From Verrucomicrobiota bacterium (GTDB taxonomy: Bacteria > Verrucomicrobiota > Verrucomicrobiia > Limisphaerales > UBA11358), in contig JBEKKZ010000003.1 of NCBI GenBank assembly GCA_050010435.1, positions 64,987-128,986 of the forward strand: a DNA stretch of 64,000 bases, written 5' to 3'. Below the pieces are notes generated by a model, which searched no databases, was not told the origin of the DNA, and saw only the letters and a program-made list of their open reading frames with translations. A program made the translations under genes and the position numbers. Of this stretch, positions 38,624-47,429 are shown in pieces. The stretch's first letter is position 1, and each line of letters starts with the position of its first letter.

Positions 38624-38640
38624 AAACACAGGCTGTGGCT

Positions 38641-39666
38641 TCAGGACGGCGATCGGTCTTTCAAAAACCGCCGGACTATTTTCTCCAGCGCCGCAATCCA
38701 GAGCGGATGTTCGTTGAGACACGGAATCTGCGCGAACTCCTTTCCGCCGGCCTCTAAAAATGTTCTCCGCCCCCGAAGGCCGATTTCTTCCAGCGTCTCC
38801 AGACAATCGGAAACAAAGGCCGGGCAGATGACCAGAAGCTTTTTGACTCCGCGCTTTGGCAACCCGGCCAGTTCAAAATCCGTGTAAGGCTTCAGCCACG
38901 GATTGCGACCGAGCCGGGATTGGAATGAAATGGAATACCGGTTCACGGGGACGCCCGCTTTCGCAACAAATGCCGCCACCGTTTTGAAACATTGCGCGCG
39001 ATAACACGTCGCGTGCGCCGGGCTGGCGGTTTCACAACAGTCCGGCCTGGCCAGACAATGGCCGCCGGTCGGGTCGGACTTGCGCAGATGCCGCTCCGGA
39101 ATGCCGTGAAAACTGAACAGCAAATGGTCGTAGCCCGCCCCCAGATGATTTGTCGCGCTCGCCGCCAAGGCCGCGATGTAATCCGGCGCGTCGCCGTAGG
39201 GCGGTTGGACTTCAACCCGCATTTGCGGCGCGAGTTTTGCCCCGACTTCCTTCACCCGCTCCACCGCCGTTTCGTAGCTCGACATCGCGTAGTGCGGGAA
39301 CAGTGGAATCAGAAATAATTCGTCCACGCCGCGTTCGCGCAGTTTCCGAATCGCATCGGGAATGGACGGATTTTGATAACGCATCGCCAGTTCAACCGGC
39401 ACGGTGACACACGCCTGCAACTTCGCCTGGACCTTGCGGCTCGTGACGATGAGCGGCGAACCTTCCGGCAGCCAGATTTTGCGGTACGCTTCGGCAGCTT
39501 GTTTCGGCCGGTTGACGAGAATCATCCCCACGATGAACCGGCGCAGCAGCCACGGCGTGTCAATCACCCGCCCGTCCATCAGAAATTCATTCAAATAACG
39601 CCGCACATCGCCGACGGAGGTCGAGTCCGGCGAACCCAGATTGACCAGCAAGACGCCTTTGTTCAT
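38641..39666 (-). CDS. hemH: ferrochelatase
   Basis: 341 aa. GVLLVNLGSPDS, FSFHGIPERH, CLETLEEI. Start overlaps the hemY stop. Confidence 0.93.
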   Translation of the reverse strand: MNKGVLLVNLGSPDSTSVGDVRRYLNEFLMDGRVIDTPWLLRRFIVGMILVNRPKQAAEAYRKIWLPEGSPLIVTSRKVQAKLQACVTVPVELAMRYQNPSIPDAIRKLRERGVDELFLIPLFPHYAMSSYETAVERVKEVGAKLAPQMRVEVQPPYGDAPDYIAALAASATNHLGAGYDHLLFSFHGIPERHLRKSDPTGGHCLARPDCCETASPAHATCYRAQCFKTVAAFVAKAGVPVNRYSISFQSRLGRNPWLKPYTDFELAGLPKRGVKKLLVICPAFVSDCLETLEEIGLRGRRTFLEAGGKEFAQIPCLNEHPLWIAALEKIVRRFLKDRSPS

Positions 39667-41186
39667 GCGCGAGAATTAAAATAATTTGCGACCCGTTCCA
39701 CGATATTCACGCCCGACACAATCGTGTCGCCCAGCGAAACGCCGTCGCGATAATGGCCGGCGAAAAACAAACCGGCGGCCTTGTTTTCGATTTTGTTCAT
39801 CAATTCGCGGTAGCGACCGTAGCCGACGTTGTATTGCGGGATTGCCTTCGGATAAAGCACGCAATGCTGGAAGGTCGGTTTGCCGGTCACGCCCAGCAGC
39901 ACCCGCAGGTCTTCACACGTCAGCGCGACAAGTTTCTCCGCCGGCAGCAAGGCCAGTTCCGGATACCGTTCGCCGCCGATGTAACTTGTCAGCGTCAAGT
40001 GACCTGTCGGCGCGCGATTGGGAAACAGCGACGACGAGAAAATCGTGCCGAGAATTTTGAAGCCTTCGATTTTGGGAATCAACATGCCGAAGCCTTCGCA
40101 CGGATGCGCCACATCTTCGCGGCGAAATCCCAAAACCACGCTCGCCACCGGCGGATAACGAATTTCGGAAAATGGCGAGAGGTCGAGCGTCCCGGTAGGG
40201 CGCGTCACTCCGTGCGCGCCGTCGTTTGCGGGCGGACGAGCGGCGGGCAGAGGACTGCCCGCCCTACCTGCCGTCGATAAAAGTTGCACCTGCAATTCCG
40301 CCAGCCTGAACGCCGTGCCGCAATAAATCACCGCGCTGTGTTCAACTCGCGTTTCCCGGAGGGACGAACTCTGCAAGTCCCCAATTTCACCCGCAGTGAG
40401 TGGGGCTCGTGGAACTCGCCCCTCCGAAAGCGTAAGGACCCAACCGTCAGCGGTCTGCGTCAGCTTTGTAACCGTGGTGTTCAGTTTCACCGCGTCGCCA
40501 AGTCGCGCCGCCAGCGTGTCCGGCAGGAGCTGCAAACCTTCATCAAACGAAAATTTTGGCGCGCGATCCTTGGCCACTTCGCCGCTCCGCTTCCGCGCAC
40601 CCGCGCCAAAAATCTGGCCTTTGATCAGCGAGCCGTAATTGTCCTCCAGCGCCTTGAGCTTGGGGAAAGCGTGCGTCAAGGATAGCTGGTGCGGATCGCC
40701 CGCATAAATTCCGGCCACGAGCGCATCAATGGCGTGGTCGAGAAATTCCTGGTTCAGCCGGCGCACGACAAACTGCGCGATGCTTTCCTCGACGCCATCG
40801 CGGCGGCGCGGCATAAACGGTTCACGCAGCACGGCCAGCTTGGCCCCGGCGGTGAAAAGTTTCGTCGTGAGAAAGCCCAGCGGCGAACCGGGCATGGCGA
40901 TGGGACGCTGATAACGGACGACGTAACGCGCCTCGGCTTTCGGGTCCGGATCCAGCCGACGCGACTGCAAACCGGCGTCGCGGACAAGCTGGCCAATCTT
41001 CGGTGACGTTTCGAGCAGCGTGTTCGGCCCGAACTCGGCGAGCCAGCCGTCCTGCCGCAGCGACTGAATCACGCCGCCCACGCGCCCGCTGGCTTCATAA
41101 ACCGTGACCGGAATGCCCTTGCGCTTCAGGTAAAACGCCGCGGTCAACCCCGTGATGCCGGCCCCGATGATGGCGACGGGTTTCAA
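39663..41186 (-). CDS. hemY: protoporphyrinogen oxidase (FAD-dependent, HemY type)
   Basis: Start proposed at TTG 41186 giving (M)KPVAIIGAGITGLTAAFYL, a dinucleotide-binding fold; it overlaps the hemN TGA (ATTTGAAA). Longest ORF reaches 41240. Contains an in-frame repeat. Confidence 0.85.
   Translation of the reverse strand: MKPVAIIGAGITGLTAAFYLKRKGIPVTVYEASGRVGGVIQSLRQDGWLAEFGPNTLLETSPKIGQLVRDAGLQSRRLDPDPKAEARYVVRYQRPIAMPGSPLGFLTTKLFTAGAKLAVLREPFMPRRRDGVEESIAQFVVRRLNQEFLDHAIDALVAGIYAGDPHQLSLTHAFPKLKALEDNYGSLIKGQIFGAGARKRSGEVAKDRAPKFSFDEGLQLLPDTLAARLGDAVKLNTTVTKLTQTADGWVLTLSEGRVPRAPLTAGEIGDLQSSSLRETRVEHSAVIYCGTAFRLAELQVQLLSTAGRAGSPLPAARPPANDGAHGVTRPTGTLDLSPFSEIRYPPVASVVLGFRREDVAHPCEGFGMLIPKIEGFKILGTIFSSSLFPNRAPTGHLTLTSYIGGERYPELALLPAEKLVALTCEDLRVLLGVTGKPTFQHCVLYPKAIPQYNVGYGRYRELMNKIENKAAGLFFAGHYRDGVSLGDTIVSGVNIVERVANYFNSRA
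40195..40267. repeat. GTAGGG...CCCTAC REPIN-like element in frame inside hemY
   Basis: Sense strand reads GTAGGGCGGGCAGTCCTCTGCCCGCCGCTCGTCCGCCCGCAAACGACGGCGCGCACGGAGTGACGCGCCCTAC, translated as GRAGSPLPAARPPANDGAHGVTRPT. Twin at 55119..55197. Confidence 0.85.
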
Positions 41187-42565
41187 ATTGTCCTCGAATG
41201 TTTCCGCTCGCCCACCGGGGCGAGGGTGTTGTCGAAACACATCGCGATGTTGCGGATGAACAGGCGGCCGGTGTCGGTGACTTCCAGGCCGGCCGGCGTG
41301 CGGTGTACCAGGCCGTCGGCTTCAAGCGGCGCGAGCGACGCGAGTTCCGGCGCAAAGTGTTCCGCGAAGTTGATGCCGAGCTTTTGCGACATCGCGGCGT
41401 AATCGAGGGAGAGGTCGCACATCACGCGCATGATGGTTTCCCGCCGGATTTTATCCTCGTCGGTCAGGAAATACGCGCGGTGCAGCGGCACCCGGCCGGC
41501 GTCCACGGCCTCCTGCCATTTCGGCAGCTCCTTCTCGTTCTGCCAGTAGGCTTCCGGAATCTGCGAAATGCTCGACATGCCGAAGGCGTAGATGTCCGAA
41601 CCGGCGCGCGTGCTGTAGCCCTGGAAATTGCGCTGGAGCTGCTTGTTGCGCTGCGCCACGGCCAGTTCATCGTTGGGCCGCGCGAAATGATCCATGCCGA
41701 TGTAAACGTACCGGTTGTTGGCCGTGAGTTTCTCAATGACCAGCTTGAGCACCTGCAACTTGGTCCCAGCGGCGGGGAGATGCTTTTGCTGCTCCAGGAT
41801 TTTTTGGGCGGGCTTGACCCACGGCACGTGCGCGTAGCTGAAGACGGCGAGCCGGTCCGGCTTCATTTCCAGCACAATATCGAGCGTTTCGTTGAATGAC
41901 TCCGGCGTCTGGTGCGGCAGGCCGTAGATGAGGTCGAGGTTGATCGAGCCGTAGCCCAACTCGCGCATCCAATCCATGGCCTGCTGCGTCATTGCGCGCG
42001 GCTGGATGCGGTGGACGGCTGCCTGGACTTTCGGGTTGAAATCCTGCACGCCCATCGAGGCGCGGTTGAAACCGATCTCGCGCAACGCGGCCATGTGCTC
42101 GCGCGTGAGCCGGCGCGGGTCCACTTCCACGCCGGCTTCGATGTCCGGCGAAAATGTGAAGTGTTTATGGATGATTTCACCGAGCCGCCGGATTTCGTCG
42201 GGCTGCAAAAAAGTTGGTGAGCCGCCGCCGAAGTGGAGTTGCCCGGCTTTGCGTTGCGGATTCAACCGCGGCGCCATCTCCGCCACTTCGCGGCCCAGGC
42301 ATTCCACATAATCCCGGCCCTGGTCGTGGTTGAGCGTGATAACAGTGGTGCAGCCGCAGAACCAGCAGAGCGTCTCGCAGAACGGGATGTGAAAATAAAT
42401 CGAAAGGTCGCGGACCGTCTGATTGTTCGCCGAAATTTTCTCAGCCAGTTGTGGCCACGTAATGGCGTCGGTGAATTTCGTGGCGGGCGGGTAGGAGGTG
42501 TAACGCGGCCCGGCCACGTTGTATTTTTGCACCAAAGCCAAACCCACCTTGAGCGTCTTCATCAC
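41183..42565 (-). CDS. hemN: oxygen-independent coproporphyrinogen III oxidase (radical SAM)
   Basis: 460 aa. CxxxCxxC as CETLCWFCGC. GGGSPTF. HemN C-terminal domain. Confidence 0.92.
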   Translation of the reverse strand: MMKTLKVGLALVQKYNVAGPRYTSYPPATKFTDAITWPQLAEKISANNQTVRDLSIYFHIPFCETLCWFCGCTTVITLNHDQGRDYVECLGREVAEMAPRLNPQRKAGQLHFGGGSPTFLQPDEIRRLGEIIHKHFTFSPDIEAGVEVDPRRLTREHMAALREIGFNRASMGVQDFNPKVQAAVHRIQPRAMTQQAMDWMRELGYGSINLDLIYGLPHQTPESFNETLDIVLEMKPDRLAVFSYAHVPWVKPAQKILEQQKHLPAAGTKLQVLKLVIEKLTANNRYVYIGMDHFARPNDELAVAQRNKQLQRNFQGYSTRAGSDIYAFGMSSISQIPEAYWQNEKELPKWQEAVDAGRVPLHRAYFLTDEDKIRRETIMRVMCDLSLDYAAMSQKLGINFAEHFAPELASLAPLEADGLVHRTPAGLEVTDTGRLFIRNIAMCFDNTLAPVGERKHSRTI

Positions 42566-42574
42566 GATAAAAAT

Positions 42575-42645
42575 GTAGCCGCCGACGTCAGTCGGCGCTG
42601 ATCCGCCTGAAAAATGAGAATGCGCGGACTGACGTCCGTGGCTAC
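42575..42645. repeat. GTAGCC...GGCTAC REPIN-like element inside the hem operon spacer
   Basis: GTAGCCGCCGACGTCAGTCGGCGC ... GCGCGGACTGACGTCCGTGGCTAC, between the hemE stop and the hemN start. Confidence 0.85.
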
Positions 42646-42665
42646 AAAATGTTCAACCATGCCGT

Positions 42666-43805
42666 TCATTTGAAATTTTTCACCGTTTCAACCAATGCGG
42701 CGATATTTTCCAATTTCGCATTGGGTGGCACGCCGTGACCCAGGTTGAAAATATGGCCCTTGCGGCCGCGCATGGCCTCGAGAATAGACCGCGTTTCCTG
42801 TGCGACAATTTCCGGGGTGGCGTCGCTGAGCAGCGCAGGTGCAAGGTTGCCTTGAAGGGCGATGTCAACAGGCAACAGCCGGCGCGCATGAGCCAGCGGA
42901 AATTGCCAGTCTATGCCCAGCACGCTTGCCCCGGTCGCCAGCAGATCATCCCAATTCCCGTGCGTGCCGAGGGAGAAGACGATGGTTGGGAGTTCGGAGT
43001 TCCCCCCGTCGCGCGGTGTGCTATGGGGGGCCGGCGGAGTTCGGAGTTCGGAAATAATTTCCTTCATCCAACGCCCGGAAGCCTCTTGAAATTCCGTCGG
43101 CGCGAGCTGGCCGCCGTGACTGTCGAAAATCTGGAGCGCGTCCACGCCGGCGTTGATTTGCATTTGCAGATAAGCGATGATGGCGGCGGTGAGTTTCCCG
43201 GCGAGCGCATAAAAAGTTTTCCGGTCTTCCCGAAAGAGGCTCAAGGCGCGGGTGTATTTCCCGGCGCTGCCGCCTTCCATCATAAACGTGGCCAGCGTCC
43301 ACGGCGAACCCGAGAAGCCGATGAGCGCGGTCTGGTCGCCGAGTTCCTTCCGAAGCAGACGCAGCGCCTGGTCCACGTAGCTGAGGCGTTCGGTCACGCG
43401 CTCGACGGAAAGGCGCTCGATATCGGCCTTGGTGCGCACGGCAAAGTCCATGACCACGCCGCCGGTTTCGCGGAAACGGTAAGGCTGACCCATCGCCTCG
43501 GGAATGACGAGGATGTCGCTGAACAGGATTGCCGCATCGAATCCGAATCGCCGAACCGGCTGGAGCGTGACTTCGGCGGCCAGCCCGGGCGTTTGAATCA
43601 ATTCCAAAAAAGAATGCTTCTCCTTCAGTTCGCGATATTCCGGCAGGGCGCGACCGGCCTGCCGCATCAGCCAGACGGGCGGGCGATCCGTGGCGCGGCA
43701 GTGGCAGGCGTCGAGAAACCGCCGGCGATTCGTCGGGTTGCCCGAGGCGGCGGGCGCGTTGGCGTTGGCGTTGGTTGCAATGGCGGCCATGGGTTTTGAG
43801 CGCAT
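42666..43805 (-). CDS. hemE: uroporphyrinogen decarboxylase
   Basis: Start ATG 43805 or 43790. PPVWLMRQAGRALPEY, FDAAILFSDIL, IGFSGSPWT, NLGHGV. Contains an in-frame repeat. Confidence 0.92.
   Translation of the reverse strand: MRSKPMAAIATNANANAPAASGNPTNRRRFLDACHCRATDRPPVWLMRQAGRALPEYRELKEKHSFLELIQTPGLAAEVTLQPVRRFGFDAAILFSDILVIPEAMGQPYRFRETGGVVMDFAVRTKADIERLSVERVTERLSYVDQALRLLRKELGDQTALIGFSGSPWTLATFMMEGGSAGKYTRALSLFREDRKTFYALAGKLTAAIIAYLQMQINAGVDALQIFDSHGGQLAPTEFQEASGRWMKEIISELRTPPAPHSTPRDGGNSELPTIVFSLGTHGNWDDLLATGASVLGIDWQFPLAHARRLLPVDIALQGNLAPALLSDATPEIVAQETRSILEAMRGRKGHIFNLGHGVPPNAKLENIAALVETVKNFK
42988..43052. repeat. GAGTTCG heptamer-armed element in frame inside hemE
   Basis: gGAGTTCGGAGTTCccccc...ggggggccggcGGAGTTCGGAGTTCGGa. 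Translated (minus strand) as SELRTPPAPHSTPRDGGNSELP. Confidence 0.7.
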
Positions 43806-43914
43806 TACGGCTGCATTGCTATTAGCATACCCAATCGGTTTTGAACAGCGAGTTGCGCTTTCAATTTTTTGAGCAACTTTGTCCGAACACCGGTTTTTAA
43901 TCAAAAGCGTGACC

Positions 43915-44406
43915 ATGAAAAACAACGAACCCCATTCCAAACTCCGCGAATCAAGCTGGCGGCGGAAGCTCACTGAAACCGAACAAGCCGAATTGCGCGC
44001 TTATCTCGCCGCAAATCCCGACGCACGCGCCGATTGGGAGATGGAATCCGCCTTGAACGCCGCCCTCACCCGATTGCCGGACGCGCCCGTGCCGTCGAAT
44101 TTCACCGCGCGTGTGCTTCAGGCGGTCGAACGCGAAGAGACCCGGCCGCGCGCCTGGAGCTGGCGTTGGAACTGGCATACGCTGGTGCCGCGCGTCGCAT
44201 TCGCGGCGGTGGTGATTACCTTCACCGGTTTGGCCTTTCATCACCATGAAATTTACAGCCAGCGCGTCGCGCTCGCCAGGAACGTTGCGTTTGTGACCAG
44301 GGGACAACCGATGCCCAGCCCGGAAGCGCTGGAAAATTTTGACGCCATTCGCCGCATGAGCCAGCCGCAGCATGCGGATGACGAATTGCTGGCATTGATG
44401 CAATGA
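43915..44406 (+). CDS. anti-sigma-factor-like single-pass membrane protein
   Basis: ATG 43915 (MKNNEPHSKLRESSWRRKLTETEQAELRAYLAANPDARADWE...). One TM helix (VAFAAVVITFTGLAF). No sigma factor gene is adjacent in this window. Confidence 0.45.
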   Translation: MKNNEPHSKLRESSWRRKLTETEQAELRAYLAANPDARADWEMESALNAALTRLPDAPVPSNFTARVLQAVEREETRPRAWSWRWNWHTLVPRVAFAAVVITFTGLAFHHHEIYSQRVALARNVAFVTRGQPMPSPEALENFDAIRRMSQPQHADDELLALMQ

Positions 44407-45407
44407 GCCATTTGTGGCAGGCGCGTTGCTGGCTGGCCACGGTTTTCGCGGTTGGCCAAATCGCTGTTTTCCAACTCGCCGCTGAAACGGTCACGCAGGT
44501 TCCGGCTCCGCAAAAATTATTTTCCGGGCCGACCAACCTCTCGTTGCCGCCAATGCCGCACTTAAAGTCACCCGTGGATTTATTCCGTGAACTCCTGGCG
44601 ATGACCCCCGCCGGACGGGAAAATTATCTGACGAATCGTCCGCTGGAAGTCCGCGGACGCATTCTCGCCAAGGTGCGCGAATACGAGGCGCTCGACCCGA
44701 ACGAGCGCGAATTGCGCCTGCGCGCCACCGAATTGCGCTGGTATTTGCTGCCCCTCCTGCACGAATCTCCAACGAACCGCACCGCGCGGCTGGCGGCCAT
44801 CCCGGATGATTTGCGGGCTCTGGTTAAAACGCGCCTCACGCTATGGGATATTTTGCCGCCGCCATTCCAGAAGGAATTTTTTGAGAGCGAGCATGCCCTG
44901 CGTTACTTCACACACGTGGATTTGCCCATCAGCCCGCCGATGCCGCCCATGCCTCCGGACCATGGATGGCATCACAGCCCGCCGGATCCCGATTTGGCGC
45001 ACTGGAATGCGCTTCCCGAAGACCAACGCCAGAAAATCACCGCACAATGCAACCAGTTTTTCGAACTGACGCCGATGGAAAAAAAGAAAACGCTCAACAC
45101 CCTGTCGGACGCCGAGCGGCAGCAAATGGAAAAAACGCTGGAGACGTTTGGGAAATTGCCTCCGTTGCAACGCCTGAAGTGCATCCGTGCGTTTACAGAA
45201 TTTGGCGGCATGAGCGCGCAGGAAAAACAGGATTTTTTGAAAAACGCCCAGCGCTGGTCGCAAATGTCGCCCAAGGAACGCCAGACCTGGCGCGATCTCG
45301 TCACCCACGTCCCCGAATGGCCGCCGTTGCCACCGGCATTGATGCCGCCGATGCCGCCACAGTTGACGCAGCGCCTGCATCCGGTGGCCACCACCAATCC
45401 CGACTGA
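44403..45407 (+). CDS. secreted DUF3106-like repeat protein
   Basis: Signal peptide. Repeated W/R...P.ER motifs (RWSQMSPKERQTWRDL, LSDAERQQMEKTLETF). 4-nt overlap with the upstream gene. Confidence 0.5.
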   Translation: MSHLWQARCWLATVFAVGQIAVFQLAAETVTQVPAPQKLFSGPTNLSLPPMPHLKSPVDLFRELLAMTPAGRENYLTNRPLEVRGRILAKVREYEALDPNERELRLRATELRWYLLPLLHESPTNRTARLAAIPDDLRALVKTRLTLWDILPPPFQKEFFESEHALRYFTHVDLPISPPMPPMPPDHGWHHSPPDPDLAHWNALPEDQRQKITAQCNQFFELTPMEKKKTLNTLSDAERQQMEKTLETFGKLPPLQRLKCIRAFTEFGGMSAQEKQDFLKNAQRWSQMSPKERQTWRDLVTHVPEWPPLPPALMPPMPPQLTQRLHPVATTNPD

Positions 45408-45458
45408 TTCCGGCGAATTTCAATTCCCATTTCCGCCGCCACACCTTAATTTCCCACC

Positions 45459-46289
45459 GTGCATCCGATTGCGTTTCAACTCGGCTCCTTCATGATTCAT
45501 TGGTATGGCGTGATGATTGCGCTGGCATTCCTGGCGGGGCTTTGGACGGCCACCCGCCGCGCCCGGCGCGAAAACATCTCCGGCGAAAAAATCGCCGACA
45601 TCGTGTTCGGGCTGATGATCGGCGCGATTCTCGGCGCACGCGCCGTTTACGTGACAACTTATTGGAAGGACGAATTCGCCAATCAGCCGCTCCCGGAAAT
45701 TTTCATGATTCAACACGGCGGGCTGGTGTATTACGGCGGCCTCATCGGCGCGACAATTGCAGGCATGATTTGCATTCGCTGGAAAAAACTTCCGCTGTGG
45801 AAAACCGCCGACGTGCTGGCGCCAAGCATTGCGCTGGGAAATGTTTTTGGCCGCATCGGTTGCCTGCTGAATGGCTGTTGCTACGGCCGCGCCTGCAGCC
45901 TGCCGTGGGGCATCCGCTTTCCCAATCAGTCCGCTCCCTGGCTGCAGCATTTTCAGCAGGGGCTGGTGGGAAAGGGCGATCCGTCATTGCCGGTGCATCC
46001 GACGCAGATTTACGATGCGTTGTTGAATTTTGCCCTTTACCTTGGTCTCGCGTGGCTGTTCCGGCACAAAAAATTTAACGGCCAGGTATTCGCAACCTAT
46101 CTCATCTGCTACGCCGTCTTTCGTTCCATCGTTGAATTTTTTCGCGGCGATTATCCGGCGGACCACATCCATAACGGCCTCACGTCGGGACAACTGGCAA
46201 GCATCCCCATTTTCATCGCCGGGCTGACGCTGGCCGCGTTTCTCTCCCGCCGCGCCGAACCAAAACGGGGATGGAAAATCGAGAATTGA
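45459..46289 (+). CDS. lgt: prolipoprotein diacylglyceryl transferase
   Basis: GTG start. IHWYGVMIALAFLAG, GRIGCLLNGCCYG, HPTQIYDAL. Confidence 0.9.
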   Translation: MHPIAFQLGSFMIHWYGVMIALAFLAGLWTATRRARRENISGEKIADIVFGLMIGAILGARAVYVTTYWKDEFANQPLPEIFMIQHGGLVYYGGLIGATIAGMICIRWKKLPLWKTADVLAPSIALGNVFGRIGCLLNGCCYGRACSLPWGIRFPNQSAPWLQHFQQGLVGKGDPSLPVHPTQIYDALLNFALYLGLAWLFRHKKFNGQVFATYLICYAVFRSIVEFFRGDYPADHIHNGLTSGQLASIPIFIAGLTLAAFLSRRAEPKRGWKIEN

Positions 46290-46291
46290 AG

Positions 46292-47296
46292 ATGGCGCAA
46301 TCCGATCTCCCAACTTCCAACTCCCATCTGCCAGTTTTCATCGCCGGTCCGACCGCCGTCGGAAAATCCGAAATCGCCCTCCGGCTTGCCGGACAACTCG
46401 GCGGCGAAATCATTTCCGTGGATTCGATGCAGGTGTATCGCGGACTCGACATCGGCACGGCCAAGCCATCGCCCGCCGACCGCGCCCGCGTACCGCATCA
46501 CCTCATTGACATCTGCGATTTGACCGAATCGTTCGACGCCGCGCAATTCGCCCGGCTCGCGCATCGCGTTGTCGCGGAAATCCAGTCGCGCGGCCACGTG
46601 CCGGTTCTCTGTGGCGGCACCGGACTTTATTTCAAAGCCTTTCTTGAAGGGCTCGGTGAAGCACCGTCCGCTGATTCAAAACTCCGCGCCGAACTCGAAG
46701 CCACGCCGCTGGAAAAACTGCTGGAAGAATTGCGTGAACGCGATCCGGCGGCTTATGAAAAAATTGACAAGAAAAACCCGCGCCGTGTCATTCGCGCTGT
46801 CGAAGTTCTGCGATTGACCGGCCGGCCAGTTTCCGAACAAAAGTCGCGGTGGGGCGAGACTCCCGGCGGGCCGGAGGTAGGGTCATCGCGCTGCGATGAC
46901 CGGACGGCGCAGCGCGCCGTCCCTGCCAAAACAAATTTTTATTGTTTCACACGCCATCCTGACGATTTGCGCCAACGGATTGATGCCCGCGTGGACGCGA
47001 TGTTCAAGCGTGGTCTGGTGGATGAAACGCGCGAACGGCTCAAACATGGCCTCGCCGAAAACAAAACGGCCCTGCAGGCCATCGGCTACCGGCAGGTGGT
47101 GGAACATCTGCGCGGTGAATGTTCTTTGCTTGAAACCATCGAGCTGGTGAAAATCCGGACGCGGCAATTTGCCAAGCGGCAATTGACGTGGTTCCGCGCC
47201 CAAAAAAATCTGGAGTGGATTAAATTGAAGCCAGACGAGCCGTTGGAAGCAGTTGTGGAAAACCTGATTCACCAGTTGCGGGAAAATTCAGAATGA
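46292..47296 (+). CDS. miaA: tRNA dimethylallyltransferase
   Basis: ATG 46292 (alternative 46271). P-loop GPTAVGKSE. DSMQVYRGLDIGTAKP. QFAKRQLTWFR. Contains an in-frame repeat. Confidence 0.92.
   Translation: MAQSDLPTSNSHLPVFIAGPTAVGKSEIALRLAGQLGGEIISVDSMQVYRGLDIGTAKPSPADRARVPHHLIDICDLTESFDAAQFARLAHRVVAEIQSRGHVPVLCGGTGLYFKAFLEGLGEAPSADSKLRAELEATPLEKLLEELRERDPAAYEKIDKKNPRRVIRAVEVLRLTGRPVSEQKSRWGETPGGPEVGSSRCDDRTAQRAVPAKTNFYCFTRHPDDLRQRIDARVDAMFKRGLVDETRERLKHGLAENKTALQAIGYRQVVEHLRGECSLLETIELVKIRTRQFAKRQLTWFRAQKNLEWIKLKPDEPLEAVVENLIHQLRENSE
46877..46927. repeat. GTAGGG...CCCTGCC REPIN-like element in frame inside miaA
   Basis: 51 nt = 17 codons: GTAGGG[TCATCGC-GC-TGCGATGA]CC[GGACGGCGC-AG-CGCGCCGTCC]CTGCC, translated as VGSSRCDDRTAQRAVPA. 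Confidence 0.8.
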
Positions 47297-47301
47297 TGTG
47301 G

Positions 47302-47405
47302 GTAGCGCGCGCCTCTGGCGCGCCATGTTCGGCGTCCCGCCGAACATTTTGAGATTCAAAGTCGTCGCCGGGACGGCAACGACGACGTGCGGGACGCACG
47401 CGCTC
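47302..47405. repeat. composite multi-hairpin GTAGCG element (intergenic)
   Basis: GTAGC[GCGCGCC-TCT-GGCGCGC]C[ATGTTCGGCG-TCC-CGCCGAACAT]...[GTCGTCGCC-GGGA-CGGCAACGAC]GA[CGTGCG-GGA-CGCACG]. The second hairpin has the same stem as the RAYT flank hairpin at 53619..53641. Confidence 0.8.
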
Positions 47406-47429
47406 CCTTTTTTCAACCGCGCTGGTTGC

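Noticed and set aside
44966-46078. 370-aa + strand ORF overlapping the DUF3106-like and lgt genes in another frame
   Set aside because: It has extreme Arg/Ala/Pro composition and no motifs. The overlapping frames encode recognisable proteins (lgt).
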